Below are positions 39,132 to 52,700 of a stretch of DNA of 64,000 nucleotides, one piece after another (the first letter of the stretch is position 1; every line of letters begins with the position of its first letter). Below the pieces are notes generated by a model, which saw nothing but the letters and a program-made list of their open reading frames with translations, had not been told where the DNA came from and ran no database searches. Both the position numbers and the translations under genes were made by a program. The stretch comes from Ranitomeya imitator. Taxonomy: Eukaryota. Location: assembly GCF_032444005.1 (NCBI RefSeq), contig NC_091288.1:198586001-198650000 (forward strand). Reading direction: 5' to 3'.

Positions 39132-39799
39132 CTGGTAAACCGGTGCTACACCAAGCAAAAAATCACATGAACAAGGATAATGGTGTGCACTCAGGTCAAG
39201 GACACGGAGGTGTTTGGGGGCAGACAGCTGGGATGACAGGACCCGGTATTATCAGCGATCGCCGCTCCAGCAGAGGGGCCGGTAATAAACCCGACGGACA
39301 AAGAGCAGAAACTGAGCGGGGAATTCAAAACCAGCAACGGATCTGTAATCAGCCAATGAGCGAGAGACATCCGCAGGCGCCGACCAATCCCAGATACAGG
39401 AATATCCGCCTCCATTTAACTCCTCAGTGTCCGTGTGTGCTGACCCCCCACTACACACTCGCTTTACAGAAGCGGCGACTTCCCCCACCCGAGACCCGGC
39501 AGCGTCACATCAGGCTCCGGGCAGAACATAGGAGACTTGTCTCAGTCAGGCTGTGATAGTATAAGCGCGGACACCACAGGGGATCTGCACAGGATAATAA
39601 GCGGGTGAGTGAGGAGCCTCCTCCTGACAGGAATTAACCCCTCACCCGCCAGACTGTCAGTGCAATATATGGCTGATAGAAGACACAAGTCCAACAAGTG
39701 CAAACAACAAGTCAACAGAATATTTCTGCATTTCCTTCTGCTCCAGGACAGATATCTGTGTTCACCCCTTATCTATTCTGTCCAAAGCGAACGTTTTCT

Positions 39800-39944
39800 A
39801 TTGGGTGAGAAACTCATTTGAGCAAGGAGCAATAATAAGCTCCGCCCTCTGTAGCTCATTGGTGGATCTCCAATACTCTTCTCCATTTTCATCTTCAGAT
39901 CCGTCCAACGACAGGAGAGGAGGGCGGAGCAACGGACTATATAA
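39800..39944 (+). promoter_or_regulatory. Histone H2A promoter
   Basis: ATTGG at 39800 and 39858, GGGCGG, and TATATAA 39938-39944. Confidence 0.65.
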
Positions 39945-40000
39945 GGCGACACAGCACAGACTCTTCTCTACACGATTTTCCGTCATTAGTTATCGGCATC

Positions 40001-40393
40001 ATGTCTGGACGCGGCAAACAAGGAGGAAAGGTCCGTGCTAAGGCCAAGACCCGCTCATCCCGGGCAGGACTGCAGTTCCCAGTCGGCCGTGTGCACAGGC
40101 TTCTCCGCAAGGGCAACTACGCTGAGAGAGTCGGCGCCGGCGCTCCGGTCTATCTGGCCGCTGTGCTGGAGTATCTGACCGCTGAGATCCTGGAATTGGC
40201 CGGCAATGCTGCCCGGGACAACAAGAAGACCCGCATCATCCCCCGTCACCTGCAGCTGGCGGTGCGCAATGACGAGGAGCTGAACAGGCTGCTGGGTGGG
40301 GTGACCATTGCCCAGGGGGGCGTCCTGCCCAACATCCAGGCCGTGCTGCTGCCCAAGAAGACCGAGAGCAGCAAGGCGAGCAAGAGCAAGTGA
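40001..40393 (+). CDS. H2A: Canonical histone H2A, copy B
   Basis: [30 protein letters not shown]...[15 protein letters not shown]; no SQE(Y/F) tail. Confidence 0.98.
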   Translation: MSGRGKQGGKVRAKAKTRSSRAGLQFPVGRVHRLLRKGNYAERVGAGAPVYLAAVLEYLTAEILELAGNAARDNKKTRIIPRHLQLAVRNDEELNRLLGGVTIAQGGVLPNIQAVLLPKKTESSKASKSK

Positions 40394-40422
40394 GCGCTGC
40401 CGCCAATCTCTACAAAACCAAA

Positions 40423-40438
40423 GGCTCTTCTAAGAGCC
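40423..40438 (+). terminator. H2A 3' stem-loop
   Basis: GGCTCTTCTAAGAGCC followed by ACCCA. Confidence 0.93.
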
Positions 40439-40829
40439 ACCCACACCGTCACCACAAGAGCCGGCGCCGCCTATCTCGGGGGTCCTCGCATGAGGCTGAT
40501 AGCTCATACACCATTGCCGCCATTGTTGGTGCACATATCCACAGAATAACAGGAGATGAATGGGTCAATCCCACATGAAGTCTCAGACCCTCAGGTGGAG
40601 TGTCGTCTGCCAAGCTCGCAGGAAATGTCCCCTCCTTAGTGTCTGATACTCCGCGGTGAGGTCTACATGTAGTTAGCAGGTCCCGCAGTAAGGGGGTGGG
40701 GGATGGTTGTCGCTATCAGTGACCTGTAACAATCCTCCGGAGATTATGAGCGGGGAATTCAAATTCCCCAACGGATTCTGTGATCAGACAATGAGCGAGA
40801 AACCTTGGTAACGCTCAGCCTTCAGTGAT

Positions 40830-41308
40830 GTACATAGTAACATAGTTAGTAAGGCCGAAAAAAGACATCTGTCCATCCAGTTCAGCCCACACTCCATCAC
40901 AACAAATCCCCAGATCTACGTCCCTCTACAGAACCTAATTGTATGATACAATATTGTTCTGCTCCAGGAAGACATCCAGGCCTCTCTTGAACCCCTCGAC
41001 TGAGTTCGCCATCACCACCTCCTCAGGCAAGCAATTCCAGATTCTCACTGCCCTAACAGTAAAGAATCCTCTTCTATGTTGGTGGAAAAACCTTCTCTCC
41101 TCCAGACGCAAAGAATGCCCCCTTGTGCCCGTCACCTTCCTTGGTATAAACAGATCCTCAGCGAGATATTTGTATTGTCCCCTTATATACTTATACATGG
41201 TTATTAGATCGCCCCTCAGTCGTCTTTTTTCTAGACTAAATAATCCTAATTTCGCTAATCTATCTGGGTATTGTAGTTCTCCCATCCCCTTTATTAATTT
41301 TGTTGCCC
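40830..41308 (-). mobile_element. 5'-truncated CR1 with an A-to-G cluster in its 3' UTR
   Basis: Reverse complement of the CR1 ORF2 end and tail; mirror of 62092-62570. Confidence 0.93.
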
Positions 41309-42089
41309 GTCTTTCCTCTCCCGTTTAACTCCTTACGTGCCGTTTTCCAGCTGATCTTTTCTTTACCAGAGTATCCACAGATGCGGCACCTTCACCCCAG
41401 GCCCCGGCAGCGCTGTGTCCCCCATACACTGCACACAATGTATACGCTTTGTATATACATATACAGGACAGGAGCTGTAGGGAACAGAACCAACACCTGT
41501 GTCCCCCCATACACTGCACACACCGGATATATATAAATACATGACAGGACCTCAAAACGCGCAGCCGTGGCTATCAGACCTCAAACAGCCCATCATTATT
41601 CTGAGGAGGTTATAATAGTCTTCAGAGGCGCCATCCACCCGAAACATTAGTGTCCAGGACGTGGTCATCACATAGGAGTCGCCGTACCCTATGTGATGAC
41701 ACACAGGGCGTCCATCTATCCAGCTGCCTCCTACAGCCACATTCCCTGTACACGGATCTGATCAGGAAATTATCACTGCGGCCCAGTGCGGATATATATC
41801 CCCCATAAATCTACTAATCAGCGCCCAATAAGAACAGGATATTAAATGTCTAGACAGAATATTAACCTACATTTGGAAACCGCACTGAACACCCCCCTGA
41901 TTAGAGCTGTAGAGGGATCTGCTTCGGGTAAGCCGTTTAGTCTTTCCACGTCAGGATATCCTTGGGACTATTCAGTATTCGGAGCGTAACGTTGGCACCG
42001 ATGAGTGTTCTAACATTACAGCGACATCACCAAAGCAGAGAAATCAGATCCTAGCAGTCAGGTGCAGCCCTCACTTAGAAGATGTGGGT

Positions 42090-42105
42090 GGCTCTGAAAA
42101 GAGCC
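42090..42105 (-). terminator. H4 3' stem-loop
   Basis: Reverse complement of GGCTCTTTTCAGAGCC. Confidence 0.95.
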
Positions 42106-42135
42106 TTTGGGTTGTGAGGACAGAAGAGAACACAA

Positions 42136-42456
<321 letters not shown>

Positions 42457-42932
42457 TTAATGAGCAAAAACTGATTCCTGAGCCTCAGGGACTGCACCTT
42501 TATATGGAGGGAGAATGGACCAGAGAGAGAACTGCAGAGATGACGCACTTCCGGGACGGGGCTTACAGAATCTACATTAGCTCCTCCCTTTCTCTGCTGA
42601 TTGGCTAAATACTAAACTGTAGGGAAGTTTGATTTTCCCGCTCATTGCTCAGTTACTGCAATTATCTTTCCAGCTTCTATTATGTGTAATTTCCTTCCCT
42701 TATGATTGAGGGTATCCTAAATATTGTCATTACTGTTCCAGATCATGGTGGATCATATCTTCCACAACAGATGATGCCCCCAGTTACCCTCCACACAGTA
42801 TGATGCCTCCTACACAGTAAGATACCCACACAGCAGGATGTCCCCACAGTTACTGTGTGGGGGTACAATACCCCCAGTAACTCCCCAAACAGTATGATGC
42901 CCTAAGTCCCCCACACACACACACACTTTGAT

Positions 42933-43539
42933 CTACCACCCTACCCGTGCCCTCCGCTCCGCTAATGACCTCAGGTTAGCATCCTCAATAATCAGAACCT
43001 CCCACTCCCGTCTCCAAGACTTTACACGTGCTGCGCCGATTCTTTGGAATGCACTACCTAGGTTAATACGATTAATCCCCAATCCCCACAGTTTTAAGCG
43101 TGCCCTAAAAACTCATTTGTTCAGACTGGCCTACCGCCTCAATGCATTAACCTAACGATCCCTGTGTGGCCTATTTATAATAAAAAAAAAAAATAAAAAA
43201 AAAGGTTCCTCGCATCATGTTCTCATACACTTTATGCAGTATTAGCCCTCTGTGTCTGTACTGCTACATACTTAGGCAGGTAACTGGTTCATGCAGCTTT
43301 ACATGAACACCTGAGCCTTACACTATAGCTGGTCCGAATAACTAAAGCAATTGTTACCATCCACCTCTCGTGTCTCCCCTTTTCCCCATAGTTTGTAAGC
43401 TTGCGAGCAGGGCCCTCACTCCTCCTGGTATCTGTTTTGAACTGTATTTCTGTTATGATGTAATGTTTATTGTCTGTACAAGTCCCCTCTATAATTTGTA
43501 AAGCGTTGCGGAATATGTTGGCGCTATATAAATAAAATT

Positions 43540-43570
<31 letters not shown>

Positions 43571-43740
43571 GTAAGCTTGCGAGCAGCAGGGCCCTCATGC
43601 CTCCTGGTATCTGTTTTGAACTGTATTTCTGTTATGCTGTAATGTCTATTGTCTGTACAAGTCTCCTCTATAATTTGTAAAGCGCTGCGGAATATGTTGG
43701 CGCTATATAAATAAAAATTATTATTATTATTATTATTATA
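42933..43740 (+). mobile_element. 5'-truncated L2-clade LINE with a duplicated 3' end
   Basis: YHPTRALRSA...APILWNALP...FKRALKTHLFRLAY; tail GCG(T/C)TGCGGAATATGTTGGCGCTATATAAATAAA(TTA)n occurs twice; TSD TTTGAT (42927-42932, 43741-43746); empty site at 32114-32119 in the inverted copy. Confidence 0.88.
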
Positions 43741-43772
43741 TTTGATGCACCCACAGTTATCCCCTATACAAT

Positions 43773-44287
43773 GTAACATAGTAACATAGTTAGTAAGGCC
43801 GAAAAAATACATTTGTCCTTCCAGTTCAGCCTATATTCCATCATAATAAATCCCCAGATCTACGTCCTTCTACAGAACCTAATAATTGTATGATACAATA
43901 TTGTTCTGCTCCAGGAAGACATCCAGGCCTCTCTTGAACCCCTCGACTGAGTTCGCCATCACCACCTCCTCAGGCAAGCAATTCCAGATTCTCACTGCCC
44001 TAACAGTAAAGAATCCTCTTCTATGTTGGTGGAAAAACCTTCTCTCTTCCAGACGCAAAGAATGCCCCCTTGTGCCCGTCACCTTCCTTGGTATAAACAG
44101 ATCCTCAGCGAGATATTTGTATTGTCCCCTTATATACTTATACATGGTTATTAGATCGCCCCGTCTTTTTTCTAGACTAAATAATCCTAATTTCGCTAAC
44201 CTATCTGGGTATTGTAGTTCTCCCATTCCCTTTATTAATTTTGTTGGCCTCCTTTGTACTCTCTCTAGTTCCATTATATCCTTCCTG
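43773..44287 (-). mobile_element. 5'-truncated CR1, mirror of 31573-32087
   Basis: Identical translated fragment and junctions in inverted orientation. Confidence 0.95.
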
Positions 44288-45873
44288 TGGATGTGATACC
44301 CCCAGAGCGTCCCAACCTCAGCGTAATGCAATGATAGACATTTGTTCATTTTCTGATGAAGAACTTCCATAAATGGAGATTTGGAAGGACGAAAGAAGCA
44401 AGTGAAATTAGAAGAGATTTCCCATCATTTAATCACCAGATGATGGTACTTCATTTATGCCGTTACCTCATGTACCAATTACAACCCAGAAAGACATTTT
44501 TATGCATTTTTTTTTTTTTATATAAAATATCATGCTTTAATGCAAAATTACAGGAACCTGCTCATAATTGTAAAGTACAAATTAGTTTGTTGGTGTTTTT
44601 TTTTAATTCATTGCTTTAATGTAAAAACTTTACAGGCAGCAAGAGGGTTAAACACCAGTGTAACTGAAAAATAATCCTTACTACATCGCCCTCTATAGTG
44701 CCAGAGGCATTTACCTTATACATTCGAGTATAATCTGAGATTTGCAGCCATTTTTTTTAGGCTGAAAGTGCCCCTCTCGTCTTATACTGGAGTCATTGTA
44801 CCAGGGGGTCGGCGGCTGGCACATCATACTCACCTCATACTGGCGCGGTCTCTGCTTCTCAGATAGTCTCTGGCGCCTGCATCTCTTCCTGTAATGAGTG
44901 GTACCACGTGACCACTAAACAAAGTAATGAATACATACGTGGCTCCACTCCCACAGGCGTGGAGCGCATATTCATTACTTTAATGAGCGGTACCATGACG
45001 AACACAGGAACAAGTTGCCGGCACCAGAGACCATCGGAGAAGCAGGGACTTGCAGAGACGCTGCCAGGAGGGTGAGTATGACGGGGGAGGGTGAGCCATG
45101 CATATTCACCTGTTCCGACGCGTATCCGGGGGAGATTGCTAGTAGAAATTTTGCAATTAGCTCCTAGCTCCTCCCTTTCGTCTGATTGGTTGAGCACAGA
45201 ACGGTTGGAGATTTTGAATTTTCCACTTATTGTGCTCTTCTTTTCCCGCTTCTCTATTCTTCTCATCTCAGCGTCGCTTAGATCTGTTGGTTATTTTGAT
45301 TTTTACTTCCATTGTAGTTTCGGTTGTTATTTTCCAGCTTGTTATAAAGTAGAATAAAAAATACATTTTAAGGACACTGATCTACAGATAACTCATCTGA
45401 TCCCCGGCAGTCACTCATCATTACACGTGGTGCCCGACTGGTGGCCATTACCGGTCACTGCAGAGCAGGGAGCTGTATGTAACCAGACCCCCGGCGGCAC
45501 CAGCCACAGATAAGATGAGAAAACTCAAATATATGATAATTACAACCTAAAGCCGCAAGACTGCAGAGGCGGCACTAGGACCCCATTTACGTCTGCGCTG
45601 TACAGAAACCGCGCCTCCACCACCAAAGACCCGGGCTGTGCACAGCGCACACTTTACCCTGTCCTTATAAAACGTCAGTCATGTAATTGATGTCGCACTT
45701 TTGGACTTGGTGAGAATAAAGGATGCGCGGAGCGGTAACTGGAATATCGCTGATCACCTACAATATCGGACACAGCAGCCGGCTATTACCTTTCCTGACC
45801 GCGCTCCGTATATGGAGAATACGCGCAGAAGAGAGACCGTTCAGGACTCGGCTCATTTGTGGGAGGATTTGGT

Positions 45874-45889
45874 GGCTCTGAAAAGAGCC
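45874..45889 (-). terminator. H3 3' stem-loop
   Basis: Reverse complement of GGCTCTTTTCAGAGCC. Confidence 0.95.
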
Positions 45890-45918
45890 TTTGTGTTGTG
45901 GTCGCAGCCGGGGCAGAT

Positions 45919-46566
<648 letters not shown>

Positions 46567-46734
46567 TCAGATCACTCATTTGCCGCTGCCGCAGCTGATG
46601 TATCTGCGTTGAAATGTCCCCGTGTATAGCGCTGTACAGTGCAGCTCCCACATTATCGTCAGATCACACAAACCCCCCATCCTGAGACTGCGCCCAGCAT
46701 CAGTTATATTAAAAACATTACAAGTAGGAAAACC

Positions 46735-49700
46735 GATCATACAGCTCTGCGGGGAGGAGGTGGTGGCACTGATCATACAGCTCTGCGGGGAGAAGGTGTT
46801 GGCACTGATCATACAGCTCTCCGGGGAGGAGGTGATTTCTCTGATCATACAGCTCTGCAGGGAGGATGAGGTTATGGCTCTGATCATACAGGTCTGAGGG
46901 GAGTAGGTGGTGGCTCTGATCATACAGCTCTGCGGGGAGAGGGTGGTGGCACTGATCATACAGCTCTGCGGGGAGGAGGTGATGGCTCTGATCCTACAGC
47001 TCTGCGGGGAGAATGTGGTGGCTCTGATCATACAGCTCTGCGGGGAGAAGGTGGTGGCACTGATCATACGGCTCTCCGGGGAGGAGGTGATTTCTCTGAT
47101 CATACAGCTCTGCAGGGAGGAGGTGGTGGCTCTGATCATACAGCTCTGCGGAGAGGAGGTGGTGGCTCTGATCATGCAGCTCTGCGGGGAGGAGGTGGTG
47201 GCACTGATCATACAGCTGTGCGGGGAGGAGGTGGTGGCACTGATCATACAGCTCTGCGGGGAGGAGGTGGTGGTACTGATCATACAGCTGTGCGGGGAGG
47301 AGGTGATTTCTCTGATCATACAGCTCTGCAGGGAGGAGGTGGTGGTACTGATCATACAGCTGTGCGGGGAGGAGGTGATTTCTCTGATCATACAGCTCTG
47401 CAGGGAGGAGGTGGTGGCACTGATCATACAGCTCTGCGGGGAGGAGGTGGTGGCACTGATCATACAGCTCTCCGGGGAGGAGGTGATTTCTCTGATCATA
47501 CAGCTCTGCAGGGAGGATGAGGTTATGGCTCTGATCATACAGGTCTGAGGGGAGTAGGTGGTGGCTCTGATCATACAGCTCTGCGGGGAGAGGGTGGTGG
47601 CACTGATCATACAGCTCTGCGGGGAGGAGGTGATGGCTCTGATCCTACAGCTCTGCGGGGAGAATGTGGTGGCTCTGATCATACAGCTCTGCGGGGAGAA
47701 GGTGGTGGCACTGATCATACGGCTCTCCGGGGAGGAGGTGATTTCTCTGATCATACAGCTCTGCAGGGAGGAGGTGGTGGCTCTGATCATACAGCTCTGC
47801 GGAGAGGAGGTGGTGGCTCTGATCATGCAGCTCTGCGGGGAGGAGGTGGTGGCACTGATCATACAGCTGTGCGGGGAGGAGGTGGTGGCACTGATCATAC
47901 AGCTCTGCGGGGAGGAGGTGGTGGTACTGATCATACAGCTGTGCGGGGAGGAGGTGATTTCTCTGATCATACAGCTCTGCAGGGAGGAGGTGGTGGTACT
48001 GATCATACAGCTGTGCGGGGAGGAGGTGATTTCTCTGATCATACAGCTCTGCAGGGAGGAGGTGGTGGCACTGATCATACAGCTCTGCGGGGAGGAGGTG
48101 GTGGCACTGATCATACAGCTCTGCGGGGAGGAGGTGGTGGCACTGATCATACAGCTCTGCGGGGAGGAGGTGGTGGCACTGATCATACAGCTCTGCGGGG
48201 AGGAGGTGATTTCTCTGATCATACAGCTCTGCAGGGAGGAGGTGGTGGCTCTGATCATACAGCTCTGCGGGGAGGAGGTGGTGGCTCTGATCATACAGCT
48301 CTGCGGGGAGGAGGTGGTGGTACTGATCATACAGCTGTGCGGGGAGGAGGTGATTTCTCTGATCATACAGCTCTGCAGGGAGGAGGTGGTGGCTCTGATC
48401 ATACAGCTCTGCGGGGAGGAGGTGGTGGCTCTGATCATACAGCTCTGCGGGGAGGAGGAGGTGGCACTGATCATACAGCTCTGCGGGGAGGAGGTGGTGG
48501 CACTGATCATACAGCTCTGCGGGGAGGAGGTGGTGGCACTGATCATACAGCTCTGCGGGGAGGAGGTGGTGGCACTGATCATACAGCTCTGCGGGGAGGA
48601 GGAGGTGGCTCTGATCATACAGCTCTGCGGGGAGGAGGAGGTGGCACTGATCATACAGCTCTGCGGGGAGGAGGTGGTGGCACTGATCATACAGCTCTGC
48701 GGGGAGGAGGTGGTGGCACTGATCATACAGCTCTGCGGGGAGGAGGTGGTGGCACTGATTATACAGCTCTGCGGGGAGAGGGTGGTGGCTCTGATCATAC
48801 AGCTCTGCGGGGAGGAGGTGGTGGCTCTGATCATACAGCTCTGCGGGGTGGAGGTGATTTCTCTGATCATACAGCTCTGCGGGGTGGAGGTGGTGGCACT
48901 GATTATACAGCTCTGCGGGGAGGAAGTGGTGGCTCTGATCATACAGCTCTGCGGGGGAGAAGGTGGTGGCACTGATCATACAGCTCTGCGGGGTGGAGGT
49001 GATTTCTCTGATCATACAGCTCTGCAGGGAGGAGTAGGTGGTGGCACTGATGATACAGCTCTGCGGGGAGGAGGTGGTGGCACTGATCATACAGCTCTGC
49101 GGGGTGGAGGTGATTTCTCTGATCATACAGCTCTGCGGGGAGGAGGAGGTGGCACTGATCATACAGCTCTGCGGGGAGGAGGTGGTGGCACTGATCATAC
49201 AGCTCTGCGGGGAGGAGGTGGTGGCTCTGATCATACTGCTCTGCGGGGAGGAGGTGGTGGTACTGATCATACAGCTGTGCGGGGAGGAGGTGATTTCTCT
49301 GATCATACAGCTCTGCAGGGAGGAGGTGGTGGCTCTGATCATAGAGCTCTGCGGGGAGGAGGTGGTGGCTCTGATCATACAGCTCTGCGGGGAGGAGGAG
49401 GTGGCACTGATCATACAGCTCTGCGGGGAGGAGGTGGTGGCACTGATCGTACAGCTCTGCGGGGAGGAGGTGGTGGCACTGATCATACAGCTCTGCGGGG
49501 AGGAGGTGGTGGCACTGATCATACAGCTCTGCGGGGAGGAGGAGGTGGCTCTGATCATACAGCTCTGCGGGGAGGAGGAGGTGGCACTGATCATACAGCT
49601 CTGCGGGGAGGAGGTGGTGGCACTGATCATACAGCTCTGCGGGGGAGAAGGTGGTGGCACTGATCATACAGCTCTGCGGGGTGGAGGTGATTTCTCTGAT

Positions 49701-52700
49701 CATACAGCTCTGCGGGGAGGAGTAGGTGGTGGCACTGATGATACAGCTCTGCGGGGAGGAGGTGGTGGCACTGATCATACAGCTCTGCGGGGTGGAGGTG
49801 ATTTCTCTGATCATACAGCTCTGCGGGGATAAGGAGGTGGCACTGATCATACAGCTCTGCGGGGAGGAGGTGGTGGCACTGATCATACAGCTCTGCGGGG
49901 AGGAGGTGGTGGCACTGATCATACAGCTCTGCGGGGAGGAGGTGGTGGCACTGATTATACAGCTCTGCGGGGAGAGGGTGGTGGCTCTGATCATACAGCT
50001 CTGCGGGGAGGAGGTGGTGGCTCTGATCATACAGCTCTGCGGGGTGGAGGTGATTTCTCTGATCATACAGCTCTGCGGGGTGGAGGTGGTGGCACTGATT
50101 ATACAGCTCTGCGGGGAGGAAGTGGTGGCTCTGATCATACAGCTCTGCGGGGGAGAAGGTGGTGGCACTGATCATACAGCTCTGCGGGGTGGAGGTGATT
50201 TCTCTGATCATACAGCTCTGCGGGGAGGAGGTGGTGGCACTGATCATACAGCTCTGCGGGGTGGAGGTGATTTCTCTGATCATACAGCTCTGCAGGGAGG
50301 AGTAGGTGGTGGCACTGATGATACAGCTCTGCGGGGAGGAGGTGGTGGCACTGATCATACAGCTCTGCGGGGAGGAGGTGGTGGCTCTGATCATACAGCT
50401 CTGCGGGGAGGAGGAGGTGGCACTGATCATACAGCTCTGCGGGGAGGAGGTGGTGGCACTGATCATACAGCTCTGCGGGGAGGAGGTGGTGGCACTGATC
50501 ATACAGCTGTGCGGGGAGGAGGTGATTTCTCTGATCATACAGCTCTGCAGGGAGGAGGTGGTGGCTCTGATCATACAGCTCTGCGGGGAGGAGGAGGTGG
50601 CACTGATCATACAGCTCTGCGGGGAGGAGGTGGTGGCACTGATCATACAGCTCTGCGGGGAGGAGGTGGTGGCACTGATCATACAGCTCTGCGGGGAGGA
50701 GGTGGTGGCACTGATCATACAGCTCTGCGGGGAGGAGGAGGTGGCACTGATCATACAGCTCTGCGGGGAGGAGGTGGTGGCACTGATCATACAGCTCTGC
50801 GGGGAGGAGGTGGTGGCACTGATCATACAGCTCTGCGGGGAGGAGGTGGTGGCACTGATCATACAGCTCTGCGGGGAGGAGGTGGTGGCACTGATCGTAC
50901 AGCTCTGCGGGGAGGAGGTGGTGGCACTGATCATACAGCTCTGCAGGGAGGAGGTGGTGGCACTGATCATACAGCTCTGCGGGGAGAAGGTGTTGGCACT
51001 GATCATACAGCTCTCCGGGGAGGAGGTGATTTCTCTGATCATACAGCTCTGCAGGGAGGAGGAGGTTATGGCTCTGATCATACAGGTCTGAGGGGAGTAG
51101 GTGGTGGCTCTGATCATACAGCTCTGCGTGGAGAGGGTGGTGGCACTGATCATACAGCTCTGCGGGGAGGAGGTGATGGCTCTGATCCTACAGCTCTGAG
51201 GGGAGAATGTGGTGGCTCTGATCATACAGCTCTGCGGGGAGAAGGTGGTGGCACTGATCATACGGCTCTCCGGGGAGGAGGTGATTTCTCTGATCATACA
51301 GCTCTGCAGGGAGGAGGTGGTGGCTCTGATCATACAGCTCTGCGGGGAGGAGGTGGTGGCTCTGATCATGCAGCTCTGCGGGGAGGAGGTGGTGGCACTG
51401 ATCATACAGCTGTGCGGGGAGGAGGTGGTGGCACTGATCATACAGCTCTGCGGGGAGGAGGTGGTGGCACTGATCATACAGCTGTGCGGGGAGGAGGTGA
51501 TTTCTCTGATCATACAGCTCTGCAGGGAGGAGGTGGTGGCTCTGATCATACAGCTCTGCGGGGAGGAGGTGGTGGCACTGATCATACAGCTCTGCGGGGG
51601 AGAAGGTGGTGGCACTGATCATACAGCTCTGCGGGGTGGAGGTGATTTCTCTGATCAGACAGCTCTGCAGGGAGGAGTAGGTGGTGGCACTGATGATACA
51701 GCTCTGCGGGGAGGAGGTGGTGGCACTGATCATACAGCTCTGCGGGGAGGAGGAGGTGGCACTGATCATACAGCTCTGCGGGGAGGAGGTGGTGGCACTG
51801 ATCATACAGCTCTGCGGGGAGGAGGTGGTGGCACTGATCATACAGCTCTGCGGGGAGGAAGTGGTGGCACTGATCATACAGCTCTGCGGGGAGGAGGTGG
51901 TGGCACTGATCGTACAGCTCTGCGTGGAGGAGGTGGTGGCACTGATCATACAGCTCTGCAGGGAGGAGGTGATGGCACTGATCATACAGCTCTGCGGGGA
52001 GAAGGTGTTGGCACTGATCATACAGCTCTCCGGGGAGGAGGTGATTTCTCTGATCATACAGCTCTGCAGGGAGGAGGAGGTTATGGCTCTGATCATACAG
52101 GTCTGAGGGGAGTAGGTGGTGGCTCTGATCATACAGCTCTGCGGGGAGAGGGTGGTGGCACTGATCATACAGCTCTGCGGGGAGGAGGTGATGGCTCTAA
52201 TCCTACAGCTCTGCGAGGAGAATGTGGTGGCTCTGATCATACAGCTCTGCGGGGAGAAGGTGGTGGCACTGATCATACGGCTCTCCGGGGAGGAGGTGAT
52301 TTCTCTGATCACACAGCTCTGCAGGGAGGAGGTGGTGGCTCTGATCATACAGCTCTGCGGAGAGGAGGTGGTGGCTCTGATCATGCAGCTCTGCGGGGAG
52401 GAGGTGGTGGCACTGATCATACAGCTGTGCGGGGAGGAGGTGATTTATCTGATCATACAGCTCTGCAGGGAGGAGGTGGTGGCTCTGATCATACAGCTCT
52501 GCGGGGAGGTTGAGGTGGCACTGATCATACAGCTCTGCGGGGAGGAGGTGATGGCACTGATCATACAGCTCTGCGGGGAGGAGGTGGTGGCACTGATCAT
52601 ACAGCTCTGCGGGGAGGAGGTGGTGGCACTGATCATGCAGCTCTGCGGGGAGGAGGAGGTGGCACTGATCATACAGCTCTGCGGGGAGGAGGTGGTGGCA

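Larger units (their letters stand above)
38317..39209 (-). mobile_element. Internally deleted Penelope-like element with short direct terminal repeats
   Basis: 13-bp TSD GTGTTTGGGGGCA (38304-38316, 39210-39222), with the empty site seen at 33862-33874; 47-bp direct repeats at 38315-38361 and 39166-39212; ORF with a KIPRGLR...PT...ILNKCS motif typical of vertebrate PLE N-termini; hammerhead-like motif. Confidence 0.75.

Noticed and set aside
40001-40393. Histone variants (H2A.X, H2A.Z, H3.3, H1.0 or oocyte B4)
   Set aside because: H2A lacks the SQE motif and H2A.Z signature, H3 has A31/SAVM, and all genes have stem-loops.
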